Assembly: GCA_037147435.1 (NCBI GenBank) | Contig: JBAWVE010000001.1 | Coordinates: 464-64,463 of the forward strand | Source of the DNA: Parachlamydiaceae bacterium | GTDB taxonomy: Bacteria; Chlamydiota; Chlamydiia; Chlamydiales; Parachlamydiaceae | DNA length: 64,000 bases | Direction of reading: 5' to 3' | Shown: positions 29,166 through 39,738 of the stretch, one piece after another | Position numbering within the stretch: position 1 is the stretch's first letter | Layout: each line of letters opens with the position of its first letter | Program-made: the position numbers and the translations under genes | Notes under the pieces: model-generated | The model's input: the letters and a program-made list of their open reading frames with translations, nothing else | The model's database searches: none | Told to the model about the DNA's origin: nothing

Positions 29166-30590
29166 ATGTCACAACAGGATGAAGTTCTATCTTTGATAGC
29201 GGACTATGTTCATGGAATGTCCATCAGCAGCGAAGAGGCTTATCAAACGGCACGCATCTGCCTGGCAGACACTCTTGGATGCGCTGTATTAGCCCTGAAA
29301 TATCCCGCCTGTACAAAACTCCTCGGCCCCGTTATCCCAGGAACAGTTGTCCCTCATGGCAGCCGTGTGCCAGGAACTTCATGGTGCCTAGACCCAATCA
29401 GAGCTGCCTTTAATATTGGAACGATGCTGCGTTGGCTGGATTACAATGACACATGGCTCGCAGCAGAATGGGGGCATCCCTCAGATAATCTTGGAGGCAT
29501 CCTAGCCATTGCAGACTATATTAGCAGAAAAAATATCGCAGAGGGAAAAGCCCCACTCACTGTCCAAACAGTCCTCACAGCAATGATCAAAGCTCATGAA
29601 ATCCAGGGCGGACTGGCCCTATTGAACAGTTTCAATCGCGTTGGACTTGATCACGTTATCCTTGTTAAGGTGGCAACAACGGCCGTTGTCACCGGTTTGC
29701 TTGGGGGAAATCAACAGCAAATCGCTGATGCCGTATCCAATGCATGGATTGACCTTGGCCCACTAAGAACATACAGGCATGCCCCGAATACTGGATCCCG
29801 TAAATCGTGGGCAGCCGGCGATGCAACAAGCCGTGGGGTCTTTTTAGCCTTGATGACAATGCAGGGGGAAATGGGGTATTCCCAAGCCCTCTCAGCGGAA
29901 CACTGGGGGTTATATGACGTCCTGTTTCAAGGAAAACCTTTTGCGTTTCAACGTCCTTTAACTTCGTATGTCATGGAAAATGTGCTATTCAAAGTGACCT
30001 TTCCTGCTGAATTTCACGCCCAAACTGCTGTGGAGTGCGCTTTTCAGGCACATTCAAAAATCAAAGATAAAATAAATGATATCGAATCGATCACCATCGA
30101 AACACACGAATCTGCTATTCGCATTATTGATAAACAGGGTCCTTTGAAAAATCCGGCAGACAGAGACCATTGCATCCAATACATGACGGCAATAGCTCTC
30201 TTAAAAGGAAACTTAACTGCCGAAGATTACGAAGACGCGGCTGCTAAAGACCCAAGAATCGATGCTTTAAGAGAAAAAATGAGCATCGTAGAAAACTCAG
30301 CATTTAGCCGCGATTATCTCGATCCGGAAAAACGGTCGATTGCCAATGCCCTGAAAATCCATTTTAAAGATGGATCATCCACAGAGAAATTCATCGTGGA
30401 ATACCCCATCGGCCACCGTCGTCGCCGCGAAGAAGCCATTCCTCTTCTATTCAATAAATTCGAAAATAACCTGTCTACACACTATCCAAAATGGAAAGTG
30501 AACACGCTAAGCACTCTCTTTAAAGACCATCACGCTCTCTGCAAGCTTCCTGTCAACGAACTGATCGACCTCTTCCATGTACATGAGTAA
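29166..30590 (+). CDS. prpD: 2-methylcitrate dehydratase
   Basis: 474-aa MmgE/PrpD family pattern ([26 protein letters not shown]) in prp operon context. Confidence 0.9.
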   Translation: MSQQDEVLSLIADYVHGMSISSEEAYQTARICLADTLGCAVLALKYPACTKLLGPVIPGTVVPHGSRVPGTSWCLDPIRAAFNIGTMLRWLDYNDTWLAAEWGHPSDNLGGILAIADYISRKNIAEGKAPLTVQTVLTAMIKAHEIQGGLALLNSFNRVGLDHVILVKVATTAVVTGLLGGNQQQIADAVSNAWIDLGPLRTYRHAPNTGSRKSWAAGDATSRGVFLALMTMQGEMGYSQALSAEHWGLYDVLFQGKPFAFQRPLTSYVMENVLFKVTFPAEFHAQTAVECAFQAHSKIKDKINDIESITIETHESAIRIIDKQGPLKNPADRDHCIQYMTAIALLKGNLTAEDYEDAAAKDPRIDALREKMSIVENSAFSRDYLDPEKRSIANALKIHFKDGSSTEKFIVEYPIGHRRRREEAIPLLFNKFENNLSTHYPKWKVNTLSTLFKDHHALCKLPVNELIDLFHVHE

Positions 30591-30596
30591 TTTGAG

Positions 30597-30625
30597 TTGA
30601 CTTATTGAATATAGTATGCTATACT
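30597..30625 (+). promoter_or_regulatory. Near-consensus sigma-70-type promoter
   Basis: TTGACT (30597-30602), a 17-nt spacer, then TATACT (30620-30625), about 40 nt upstream of the ATG at 30665. Confidence 0.45.
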
Positions 30626-30664
30626 CAATTAGAAAACACAACCCCTTACAAAGGAAAGGTACAT

Positions 30665-30943
30665 ATGTCAGAGAAAAACGTAACTTCTGCTGTAGCCTAT
30701 TATCAGGCAATGAACAACAAAGATCTTTCAGTCATCGAAAAATATCTTCACCCCAAGGTCCGGTTTATTGGACCAATGGCAGAGATAACAGGAAAAGATG
30801 CCAAATCCCGTCCGTTGACGAATTTCTCTCAGTCTCAGAGGGTAATCGTAAAATCACGATTACCCTCTATGAATAACTCTAAGGATCGAATATTAAGGAA
30901 ATACGATGTCTATTCAAAAAAAAAGATCCTACAATTCAGTTAA
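30665..30943 (+). pseudogene. SnoaL/NTF2-like protein remnant (apparent frameshift and truncation)
   Basis: MSEKNVTSAVAYYQAMNNKDLSVIEKYLHPKVRFIGPMAEITGKD is SnoaL-like. After about 30795 the family-like continuation (SVDEFLSVSEGNRKITITLYE, stop at 30876) is in another frame, and the in-frame tail is low-complexity and overlaps the tetR start. Either reading is shorter than a full NTF2 fold. Confidence 0.4.
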
Positions 30944-31532
30944 TCGAAGCGCGCAGGCAGGGCAAACGAGAAATCGTATTCTTGAGGCTGCTAAAAAGCT
31001 CTTTCAGTCAGAAGGCTTTGAATGCGTCACCATTGAGAAACTGGCACAAGCTGCTTTGGTTTCTGTACCCACAGTTTACGCACTCTTTCAATCCAAGCGC
31101 GGTGTACTCTTTGCCTTAACAGATGAAGCCCTCCCCTCCGAACAGTTTAATGCTTTGGTTGAGAAAGGCAAACAGGAGAAATCAGCAAAGAAAAGGCTTA
31201 TGATCACAGCCAAACTTACGCGGCAATTGTATGATTCTGAGACTACGCAAATAGGTATTCTTCAAGGAGCTTCTGTTTTAGCTCCTGAATTTAAAGAACA
31301 GCAAAAAGAAAGAGAAGAGCGTCGGTATCTTCGTCAAGAAGAGTTCGTCAAAACCCTGATGAAAGAAAAAGCTCTCCTCAAAGACCTCAGGTTATCCCAG
31401 GCACGCGATATTTTTTGGACCTTTACCGGACGAGATATCTACCGTATGTTCGTTATTGAGCGTGGCTGGACTTCGGACAAATATGAGAAATGGCTGGCTC
31501 AATTGTTAATAAGAATGCTACTCAAGGAGTAA
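30906..31532 (+). CDS. TetR/AcrR-family transcriptional regulator
   Basis: N-terminal HTH ILEAAKKLFQSEGFECVTIEKLAQAALVSVPTVYALFQSKRGVL. Confidence 0.85.
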   Translation: MSIQKKRSYNSVNRSAQAGQTRNRILEAAKKLFQSEGFECVTIEKLAQAALVSVPTVYALFQSKRGVLFALTDEALPSEQFNALVEKGKQEKSAKKRLMITAKLTRQLYDSETTQIGILQGASVLAPEFKEQQKEREERRYLRQEEFVKTLMKEKALLKDLRLSQARDIFWTFTGRDIYRMFVIERGWTSDKYEKWLAQLLIRMLLKE

Positions 31533-31632
31533 CCCCAATGATATTTCAATTGATAGACACTCAATGTGGATGTGACGGGTTTTACATAGCAAGGGCTTGA
31601 ATGAATTGCAAGAAGCCATGAATACGTTCAGC

Positions 31633-32820
31633 TCAGAGTAAAAGAGCAGGATTCCGTAAAAACGTACAATAATCTTGTGATATCGCTGCTGCCTCTTCCC
31701 CATCAATCACACGATGGTCAAAGCTCCAGGAAAGAGGCAAAACACTGCGTACGACAACCTCATGGTTCCTCACTACCGGAGCTTCACGTATCCTGGCAAC
31801 AGCCAGAATCGCCACTTCCGGCTCGCTGATCATCGGCGTCGCCCAGACGCCTTCTCCGCCAAGGACTCCAAAATTGCTCAGAGTAATCGTCGCTTCTTTC
31901 ATGTCTGCAGAGACCAATTTCCCATTTTCTATTTTTTTCTTCAATTCCTCATACGCTTTGACAAGATCATGCACTCCCATCGATTCAACGCCTTTAAGAA
32001 CAGGAACAATAAGGCCCTCCTTGGTCGCCATTGCAATCCCGATATTCTGTTTCTTATGCACCCTGACTATCTTCTTCTGGATATCGATAGAGGCATTGAC
32101 CAGGGGATGTTTCTTGATCGTCAAAACCAGCGCCCTAATCAAAAATGGTACATAACTCAGACGAATACCCTCACGGGCTGCTTCCACCTTAAATTTAGTT
32201 CTCATTTCTATCAGCCGGGTCACATCAAGCTGCTCAAAATAGGAAAACTGGGGAATCCGCCGTTGATCCATCCTTTTTGCCATAAGTGCACGTACGCCAA
32301 CCAAGGGGCGTTCTTCATCATCTGAAAACACGTGGTGGGAGGGGGTTACATGCTTCTTTTCAGTTTTCGAAGAAAGGTCTGCTTCTGTCACTCTCCCATC
32401 TTTTCCAGTCCCTACAATATCTTCGATATTAATGCCCTGCTCAAGTGCCTGACGACGAACTTTTGGAATAGCCTCTACTCGATCAGCTTTCATTCTCTCA
32501 GGATGAAATGTCTCAAATGTTTGCCTGGTGGGAACTTCTGCCTTCTGGTCAGATAAGCTTAATGAAATTCCTTCCGCCAGTTGAATATCATAAAGAGGTT
32601 TGTCTTTATGGGCGATTTGCCCCGGCTGATAATAGTGCTTTACAATGGTTCCTGGATAAGTTGCAGGCATCTCAACAGTCGCCTTGTCCGTCATCACAGT
32701 AACAACGGGTTCGTCTTGAGAAACTGTGTCTCCTACTTGCTTAAGCCATTCCACAACCTCGCCTTCAACAACGCCTTCTCCGATATCCGGAAGGCAAAAT
32801 GTGTAGATGGAATTTTTCAT
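31633..32820 (-). CDS. Dihydrolipoamide acyltransferase (E2) of a branched-chain 2-oxoacid dehydrogenase complex
   Basis: Lipoyl domain with VMTDKATVEMP, a peripheral subunit-binding region, and the catalytic motif SWSFDHRVIDGEEAA. Confidence 0.9.
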   Translation of the reverse strand: MKNSIYTFCLPDIGEGVVEGEVVEWLKQVGDTVSQDEPVVTVMTDKATVEMPATYPGTIVKHYYQPGQIAHKDKPLYDIQLAEGISLSLSDQKAEVPTRQTFETFHPERMKADRVEAIPKVRRQALEQGINIEDIVGTGKDGRVTEADLSSKTEKKHVTPSHHVFSDDEERPLVGVRALMAKRMDQRRIPQFSYFEQLDVTRLIEMRTKFKVEAAREGIRLSYVPFLIRALVLTIKKHPLVNASIDIQKKIVRVHKKQNIGIAMATKEGLIVPVLKGVESMGVHDLVKAYEELKKKIENGKLVSADMKEATITLSNFGVLGGEGVWATPMISEPEVAILAVARIREAPVVRNHEVVVRSVLPLSWSFDHRVIDGEEAAAISQDYCTFLRNPALLL

Positions 32821-32823
32821 AGT

Positions 32824-33801
32824 TTAATACTCCATTGTCTCGATAACGGCAGCAATAACGCGTCTGGCATCAGGAAGATAATCACTCTCCAAAGCATTTG
32901 GAAATGGAGTATCCAATCCGCAACAACGGTTGATTGGCGCATCCAAATAAAGAAAACACTTATCAGAAACTTGTGCAGCAATCTCTGCTCCAAAGCCCTG
33001 TGTCTTTGGCGCCTCATGAGCCACCACACATCGCCCCGTTTTTTTCACTGAGTTGACAATGGTATCAATATCCAGTGGACTCAACGTCCTCAAATTCACA
33101 ACTTCAACTGAAATGCCATGTTTCTCTTCAAGTTCATGCGCTGCCTCCATGTTCTGATGGTGCTGCGCCCCCCAACCGATCAACGTGACATCACTTCCTG
33201 AAATTTTCACATCAGCAACACCGAATGGAATCAGATACTCTTCTTCAGGAACCTCTTCCTTAAGTGAACGGTAAAGTCTTTTGGGCTCAAAAATAATGAC
33301 CGGATCCTTGCTGCGAATGGCCGTCGTTAAAAGGCCTTTAGCATCATATGGACCGGACACAAATACAACGTGCAGTCCCGGAGTATGAAGAAACTGTGCC
33401 TCGGGAGATTGTGAATGATAATGTCCCCCGTGAATACCGCCTCCGTAGGGTGTGCGAATGACCATCGACGCGCTGTATTGATTCCCTGTACGGTAGCGCA
33501 TTTTGGCAAGTTCGTTGACAATCTGATCGTATGCGGGGAAAATATAGTCAGCAAACTGGATCTCACAAATGGGCTTCAACCCCTTCTGGGCAACCCCAAT
33601 GCCAAATCCAATAATTCCCTGTTCCGACAATGGAGTATCAAAACATCTCTCCTCTCCAAATTGCGCCTGCAATCCTGCTGTGACCCGAAAAACACCTCCA
33701 AAAGCCCCAACATCTTCCCCAAACGTCAACAACCGAGTATCGCGAGCAAATTCCTGATGCAAAGTCAAATTTAATGACTGGATAATATTCATGACGGGCA
33801 T
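32824..33801 (-). CDS. 2-oxoisovalerate (branched-chain 2-oxoacid) dehydrogenase E1 beta subunit
   Basis: Transketolase-like pyrimidine-binding and C-terminal domains (FGEDVGAFGGVFRVT, CEIQFADYIFPAYDQI). Confidence 0.9.
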   Translation of the reverse strand: MPVMNIIQSLNLTLHQEFARDTRLLTFGEDVGAFGGVFRVTAGLQAQFGEERCFDTPLSEQGIIGFGIGVAQKGLKPICEIQFADYIFPAYDQIVNELAKMRYRTGNQYSASMVIRTPYGGGIHGGHYHSQSPEAQFLHTPGLHVVFVSGPYDAKGLLTTAIRSKDPVIIFEPKRLYRSLKEEVPEEEYLIPFGVADVKISGSDVTLIGWGAQHHQNMEAAHELEEKHGISVEVVNLRTLSPLDIDTIVNSVKKTGRCVVAHEAPKTQGFGAEIAAQVSDKCFLYLDAPINRCCGLDTPFPNALESDYLPDARRVIAAVIETMEY

Positions 33802-34865
33802 TAGTTCTTCACCTTCTCGTATTCTTCCTTTAATAAGTCCGGAACTTCACAATAAACATTCTCGATCAATGAGCTAAGTGAAGGTTTCGAGGTGTTTTTA
33901 GCCAAAGCTATAGCCTGCGTGATTTCCCCAGCCGTCTGCTCCAATAAATCCCTCTCTTTACTATCATCCCATAACCCTTTTTCCACCAGATAGCACCTAA
34001 GACGCAACACTGGGCATTTCTTTTCCCACGCCTTTACTTCGACCTCCGGACGATACAACGTCGGATCATCCGAAGTGGAATGAGCCCCCAGCCGATACGT
34101 CATCGCTTCGATCAATACAGGTCCTTTTCCTTCCGCACAATAGCTCTTAGCATTTGCCACAGCTTCGTAAACAGCAAAAAAATCATTGCCATCAACCCGA
34201 TAGGCCGGGATCCCATACCCTATTCCCTTGGGAGCGATGCCATCAGAAGCAAATTGTCGTTCACACGGTGTAGAAATGGCATAATGGTTATTTCGACAAA
34301 AGAAAATTACCGGGCATTTTCTAACAGCCGCAAAATTAAGGCCGCAATGAAAATCCCCCTCTGAAGTGGCACCCTCGCCAAAATAGCAGATCACAACAGC
34401 ATTTTCTCCCTGCAATTTCATGGCATATCCGGCGCCCGCAGCATGGGGTATCTTGGTTCCAATTGGAGAAGACACAGTCACAACATTTAAAGCGCGTGCA
34501 CCAAAATGATTGGGCATTTGACGACCCAAAAGTAGGTCACTGCTATTGCAAAACATTTGGTGAACATACTCCTGGATGGTAAAACCCCGCCAAAACATAA
34601 TGCCAGACTCGCGGTATTGCGGATACATCCAGTCTTGCACATCCAATGCCGCGGCGCTGGCAACAGCACAGGCCTCTTCACCTAAAGAACTCATCGCAAA
34701 AGAGATCATTCCCTGACGCTGGATTGTGATCATCCGATCATCCATCATCCGGGTAATCACCATCGTCCGATATCCTTTGATGAGAATATCATCGCTGATT
34801 CCATGCCGGTAATCAGGAGATAACCTTCCCTCTTCGCTTAAGTAACTTACAACTGTAAATTCCAC
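33801..34865 (-). CDS. 2-oxoisovalerate dehydrogenase E1 alpha subunit (TPP-dependent)
   Basis: TPP-binding region YFGEGATSEGDFHCGLNFAA. The GTG at 34865 follows GAGGTG plus a 6-nt spacer and gives about 355 aa. The 72-codon track extension would overlap the divergent gene. Confidence 0.85.
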   Translation of the reverse strand: MEFTVVSYLSEEGRLSPDYRHGISDDILIKGYRTMVITRMMDDRMITIQRQGMISFAMSSLGEEACAVASAAALDVQDWMYPQYRESGIMFWRGFTIQEYVHQMFCNSSDLLLGRQMPNHFGARALNVVTVSSPIGTKIPHAAGAGYAMKLQGENAVVICYFGEGATSEGDFHCGLNFAAVRKCPVIFFCRNNHYAISTPCERQFASDGIAPKGIGYGIPAYRVDGNDFFAVYEAVANAKSYCAEGKGPVLIEAMTYRLGAHSTSDDPTLYRPEVEVKAWEKKCPVLRLRCYLVEKGLWDDSKERDLLEQTAGEITQAIALAKNTSKPSLSSLIENVYCEVPDLLKEEYEKVKN

Positions 34866-35097
34866 AATTATCACCTCTTCACCCTCATGTATACAACCGT
34901 TGCCAGAAAAGAACAAGGAGCGAAATGTAATGACACTTGCAGAGACTCCCTCATTCTGATATGTTAAACTCGACTTTACACATTTTTTTGGTTTAGATTC
35001 CAGAGAGAGGCAGACACCAGCTGGAGAAAGCCTATCTTGGAAAGTGAACCCAAAAAATGTAAAAAGTCGAGTTAAAACCACCTACGGAGTAATTCCC

Positions 35098-36624
35098 ATG
35101 TTGATACGACTGACATTAATTTTGGCTTGCCTTGTTTTAACTTCCCCCGCCTTTACAGCCCAAGAAAAAACAGAGTCCAACACAGCGCCCGAAAAAACAT
35201 CAAAGGTCGAACCCAAAGAAGAAATTGTTACAACCTCCCATAAAGTCAGTATTGGAGGTAAAGAAATCTCGTATCAGGCGACTGTCGGCACCCAATTTTT
35301 ATCAGAGTGTCAAGGAGATCCCAAAGCACTGATATTTTATGTAGCCTATACACGCGATGACATTGCTGATAAGGGCAATCGCCCAATTACCTTCTGTTTT
35401 AACGGAGGACCCGGTGCCGCCTCTGTCTGGCTACATTTGGGAATGATCGGCCCTAAGCGTGTGGATATCGACGAGCAGGGATTTCAGGCAAAACACCCCT
35501 ACAACCTAAAAGATAACCCCTATTCATTACTCGATATCAGCGACCTCGTCTTTATTGATCCCATATCGACAGGCTATAGCCGCGCCTGCCCTGTGGAAAA
35601 TGAAAAGCAATATCACAATTTCGACAAAGACATCCAATCCATCGCCGAGTTTATACGCGTCTATATTACTAGGAATGAACGATGGAGTTCACCCAAATTT
35701 CTTGCAGGGGAAAGTTATGGAACAACCCGTGCCGCAGGATTGTCTTTAGAACTTCATGATAACCAGCACATCGATCTTGCTGGAGTGATATTGGTTTCAT
35801 GTGTGTTGAATTTTCAAACCATCAATTTCAACTCTGGAAACGACCTGCCCTACATCCTCTTTTTGCCCAGCTATACCCAAGCAGCACTGTATCACGGCAA
35901 GTTGGATGCCGAGCTGCAAAAAGATCCACAGAAAACCATTGAAGAGGTCAAAGAATTTGCCTATAGCGACTATGCACACGCTTTGGAAATGGGAAGCAAT
36001 ATTCGTCCGGAGGAGCTGAAAGCAACAGTGGATAAGCTCTCACGCTACACGGGCATTTCACCCGATTATATCGAAAAAAGTTGTCTACGGCTGCATATAT
36101 TTCGCTTTGCGAAGGAGTTGCTTAAAGATCAGAACCGTACAATTGGGCGATTTGACAGCCGTATAAAAGGATATGACTCTGATTTGTGCAACGATATTTT
36201 TGAGTATGATCCCAGCCTAGACAACATCTTGGGATTATTTACGGCAACATTCAATGAATATGTAAGAACCGATCTCAAGTGGAAGCGGGATGATGAGTAC
36301 CGTGTTCTTGCGGACGTGCATCCCTGGGATTTTGGTGATGCGAAAAATCAATACCTTAATGTCAGTGACAAGTTGTGTGGTGTTATGGCCAAGAACCCAT
36401 CCATGAAGGTGTTTGTAGCAAGCGGCAACACTGATTTAGCCACTCCATTTTTTGCTACAGAGTATACCTTTTCCCATTTAGGATTAAATTCTTTGCTTAA
36501 AGACAGGGTGAGCTTGAAGAATTATGAAGGGGGGCACATGATGTTTTTGAATTACCCCTCACTCATAAGATTGAAGTCAGATTTAACGGAGTTCATCCAG
36601 AATAAACCCAATAAAAACCCTTGA
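35098..36624 (+). CDS. Secreted serine carboxypeptidase (peptidase S10 family)
   Basis: Signal peptide MLIRLTLILACLVLTSPAFTA, NGGPGAAS, and catalytic Ser motif LAGESYGTT. ATG at 35098. Confidence 0.8.
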   Translation: MLIRLTLILACLVLTSPAFTAQEKTESNTAPEKTSKVEPKEEIVTTSHKVSIGGKEISYQATVGTQFLSECQGDPKALIFYVAYTRDDIADKGNRPITFCFNGGPGAASVWLHLGMIGPKRVDIDEQGFQAKHPYNLKDNPYSLLDISDLVFIDPISTGYSRACPVENEKQYHNFDKDIQSIAEFIRVYITRNERWSSPKFLAGESYGTTRAAGLSLELHDNQHIDLAGVILVSCVLNFQTINFNSGNDLPYILFLPSYTQAALYHGKLDAELQKDPQKTIEEVKEFAYSDYAHALEMGSNIRPEELKATVDKLSRYTGISPDYIEKSCLRLHIFRFAKELLKDQNRTIGRFDSRIKGYDSDLCNDIFEYDPSLDNILGLFTATFNEYVRTDLKWKRDDEYRVLADVHPWDFGDAKNQYLNVSDKLCGVMAKNPSMKVFVASGNTDLATPFFATEYTFSHLGLNSLLKDRVSLKNYEGGHMMFLNYPSLIRLKSDLTEFIQNKPNKNP

Positions 36625-36667
36625 TTTAACTATGCCTATCCTGATAGAATGAGACATTCCTGTTTCC

Positions 36668-36741
<74 letters not shown>

Positions 36742-36776
36742 CTTTTTCCACACATACTTCTGAGCAGGTTTTTACA

Positions 36777-37114
36777 CATTACGCAAATGATGCAAAAAAC
36801 TCATTTTACGCAATTTTTACGCAATCGGCCACAAACAACCAGCGCAACTCAAAGCAATCCCTCTTTTTATCGACCGATTTTTCTGAAATCTTTTCCTACT
36901 CCCCCATTTTTTCGTGGGAACAGTGGGAATTTTGGGAACGCGATTCCTTTGCATTTCATTTTCAGCAACTTACAGTTAATTTAACCGTTCCCATACCACT
37001 AAATACGTCATGGGATCGATGGGAACGTCGAAAAGTTCTTTTTATCGGCAAAAGCCGACCAAACCATGCAAAAAACAGTCAAATCTTTCTTGAACTGCGT
37101 AATAAGTGCGTAAA
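36777..37114. repeat. TTACGCA repeat set (candidate integrase arm-type sites) between the tRNA and int
   Basis: Direct copies at about 36779 (cattacgcaaatg), 36807 (tttacgcaattt) and 36818 (tttacgcaatcgg). Inverted copies tgcgtaa at 37095-37101 and 37106-37112. Confidence 0.5.
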
Positions 37115-37243
37115 AAAGTCCTGTCTTATAGCTCACACCTGCTTACAGGTTAATAATTTATCTTATATTTGGCGGATTGTATATCCGCTGTTCTGGTTTT
37201 TTGCCATTTGTGCTAGTGTACTATACTTTATTTTGGAGGTTAT

Positions 37244-38326
37244 ATGGGAACGATCCGCGAGATAACTAAAAGGGATGGGAGCGTTATGCATCATGCTGAA
37301 ATTCGATTGCGTGGCCATCCACCGCAACGTCAATCTTTTCGCACCAAGACTCAAGCGAAAAAATGGATTCAGGATACTGAGGCTGCGATTAGAGATGGTC
37401 GCTATAAAGGGCTCTCGGCAGCTCGCAAGCATACGGTCGGTGAATTGATCGATCGCTTTATCGAACAATGCGTGCCGCAGCATCCGATCTACTACCCCAA
37501 AAAGGTCCAGCTATTGTTGCGGTGGAAACAGGAATTGGGGTCAATGTTTTTACGCGACCTCTCCCCTTCGTCGATCGCCGAAGTGCGGGACAAATTATTG
37601 TCCGAGACGACGACGAAGAAAACAATTCGCTGTCCAGGAACTGTCAATCGATACTTGGCACTTTTTTCAAGGGCTTTATCGGTTGCATCTAAAGAATGGG
37701 AATGGATGGATGACAATCCGATGCAAAAGGTGAGAAAGTTAAAGGAATCAAAGGGACGAGACCGATGCCTCTCGGCCAGCGAGAAGAATGCCCTTTTGAA
37801 GGCGTGTCGGGAATCGAAAAACCCATTCCTCTATCACATTGTCAATCTCGCGTTACTCACAGGAATGCGTTATGGGGAAATCGTGAAATTGCGATGGGAA
37901 GACATTAACTTTGAGCTCCGCTATGCCACCATGCAGCAAACCAAAAATGGCGATAAGCGCGTGATTCCCATTACAGAAGAGATCATCCAGGTTTTAAAGG
38001 AATGCCCAACCTACGGAGAGGCCCCCGAGGAATTCATTTTTAAGAGCCGCCGCCTCATGCCCACAAAGCATGGGATTACAATCCGAAAATCTTTTGCAAC
38101 CGCTTTGAAAGAAGCAGGAATAAAGAATTTTGTCTTTCATATGCTCCGACATACAGCCGCAACAGACCTTGCCAATGAAGGTGCCACAGAAGGAGATCTT
38201 CAGGAAATTTTTGGATGGAAGACCAAGAAGATGGCCAGTGTATACTGCCATCGCAGCCTTGAGCGCAAACGAAGCCTCCTGGAGAAGCTTGGCAAAGGAT
38301 CAAATCATCAAAACCCAAAGGATTAA
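37244..38326 (+). CDS. int: Tyrosine-type site-specific integrase
   Basis: C-terminal catalytic signatures HMLRHTAATDLANEG and GWKTKKMASVYCH, plus LLTGMRYGEI (the Arg I region). Adjacent to the tRNA. Confidence 0.9.
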   Translation: MGTIREITKRDGSVMHHAEIRLRGHPPQRQSFRTKTQAKKWIQDTEAAIRDGRYKGLSAARKHTVGELIDRFIEQCVPQHPIYYPKKVQLLLRWKQELGSMFLRDLSPSSIAEVRDKLLSETTTKKTIRCPGTVNRYLALFSRALSVASKEWEWMDDNPMQKVRKLKESKGRDRCLSASEKNALLKACRESKNPFLYHIVNLALLTGMRYGEIVKLRWEDINFELRYATMQQTKNGDKRVIPITEEIIQVLKECPTYGEAPEEFIFKSRRLMPTKHGITIRKSFATALKEAGIKNFVFHMLRHTAATDLANEGATEGDLQEIFGWKTKKMASVYCHRSLERKRSLLEKLGKGSNHQNPKD

Positions 38327-38328
38327 AC

Positions 38329-39585
38329 ATGTATAAAAATTTACCCGATACCTTGCTCATAGAACGCAGCTTGATGCATCGCATGGAGACTTCTGGAGCC
38401 ATTCTTCAATACTTGCCTCAGTTTTTACAAACACTTGCCAGAACCAGAGAAAGCGCTCCATCACTGGAAGGTTTTGAAGCCGACTTGAAAAGGCAGGAAA
38501 AAGTTCAGAGGCAAGAGATGGCCAAATCAATTGAATGGATCACGGAAAAAATCAACAAACTCAAAACATCTCCTTTTGCAACACACCCAGTGGTTGAACA
38601 CACTATAGAAAGAGCTGAACGATCAAAGAATTCTGAAGACAATCTACCTCCAGTAATTCTTCTGAATAGCATCATAGTGAATTTACAATTTGCTGTTTCA
38701 GCAGTTGCAGCTTTTGGCAATGATCCACTTTTTGAAGGATGGGTTGAAATTGAGATCGCGAAAATAGACCCAAAAGGAATAGCTCCTAAATTTCCCAAAA
38801 ATTCGAAAGGTTTAATTCCGGCAGAAAATCGATGGGAACTTGCTGAACAGATAGGTCATGGCGTCGATTGCTGGCAAGTATCACCTCTATCAATAGGCCC
38901 GAATGGCAAGCAGTCAACACCTCCTGCTGTCTATCTTTTGTATGGTTGCTTTGAAAAGTTTATTTTTCCATCCTCTGTCGATTCAGTATTTGCGCATTCA
39001 AAGGATATTCGTGAATGGAGAGAGAAAAGGAATATGGATCCGGCAACGCTGTTGAATTTCCTGAAGATTTTATCTCAATATGAGGCTTCTAAAAAACTGT
39101 CAGAACCACCCTTCTTGAAAGCCAACACAGTTTTAGAAGCGGAAAAACTTTGCATTGAAGGAGAGATTCGCCCTTATCTTCGCCACTTTTCTTCGACCAA
39201 CTCAGAAGATCATCCACTTTCACGCAGCCAATTACTCAATCTCATCGACACCTTCCTAAATATGCTGGACATCAATATCACTCAGACAATCGCCAAAAGA
39301 AAAGAAGCAAAGCAATCGATTAAGGCCGCTGCTCCAAATTTTGATGTCCGCGTGCGCGATAAAGAAATTGCTGTGGAGTGGATGAAAAAGGAATGGGCAC
39401 AAGATAACAAACTTTCTCAAGACACCATTATTGACAGGCTTGTTCTAGCTATACTGCAAAATAGAATTGAACTTGAAAAAGACTACAAGAGATCTACCTT
39501 TGAGAAATGGGTTGATGAGGCGGATCCTCTTCCAAAAGCAGAAAGGGAATACCGCCCCAAAACTAAAAATCGGAAAAATGGGTAA
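38329..39585 (+). CDS. Hypothetical protein (418 aa) of the integrative element
   Basis: Long ORF starting 3 nt after int. No motif recognised. Confidence 0.6.
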   Translation: MYKNLPDTLLIERSLMHRMETSGAILQYLPQFLQTLARTRESAPSLEGFEADLKRQEKVQRQEMAKSIEWITEKINKLKTSPFATHPVVEHTIERAERSKNSEDNLPPVILLNSIIVNLQFAVSAVAAFGNDPLFEGWVEIEIAKIDPKGIAPKFPKNSKGLIPAENRWELAEQIGHGVDCWQVSPLSIGPNGKQSTPPAVYLLYGCFEKFIFPSSVDSVFAHSKDIREWREKRNMDPATLLNFLKILSQYEASKKLSEPPFLKANTVLEAEKLCIEGEIRPYLRHFSSTNSEDHPLSRSQLLNLIDTFLNMLDINITQTIAKRKEAKQSIKAAAPNFDVRVRDKEIAVEWMKKEWAQDNKLSQDTIIDRLVLAILQNRIELEKDYKRSTFEKWVDEADPLPKAEREYRPKTKNRKNG

Positions 39586-39653
39586 GTGAGCTTTTTTGAA
39601 AGGGGTAGTCAGCTCCATCAGTTTCATAGAGAGAAAGGGGTAGTCACTTACCC
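39580..39653. promoter_or_regulatory. Repeat cluster upstream of the Xis-like gene (candidate operator)
   Basis: A 14-bp direct repeat gaaaggggtagtca occurs at 39598-39611 and 39633-39646. The inverted pair gggtaagtg (39580-39588) and cacttaccc (39645-39653) flanks it. Confidence 0.4.
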
Positions 39654-39738
39654 TTTCGAATTTTCTTCCCTTAAGAAAAAGAGCGTTAACCCTCACAATT
39701 GAGCTTTAACCAGAGAACAACCAAGTGAGGAGGTTGCA

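Noticed and set aside
34866-35081. 72-codon N-terminal extension of the E1-alpha ORF, and the 35044 start of the carboxypeptidase ORF
   Set aside because: The extensions overlap each other on opposite strands and lack homology-like sequence. Internal starts at 34865 (GTG) and 35098 (ATG) have Shine-Dalgarno sequences and give normal-length proteins.
36787-37483. ORFs 36787-36984(+) and 37163-37483(-) between the tRNA and int
   Set aside because: This region is packed with TTACGCA and GGGAAC repeats, consistent with att-arm or regulatory DNA. The minus-strand ORF overlaps the int start.
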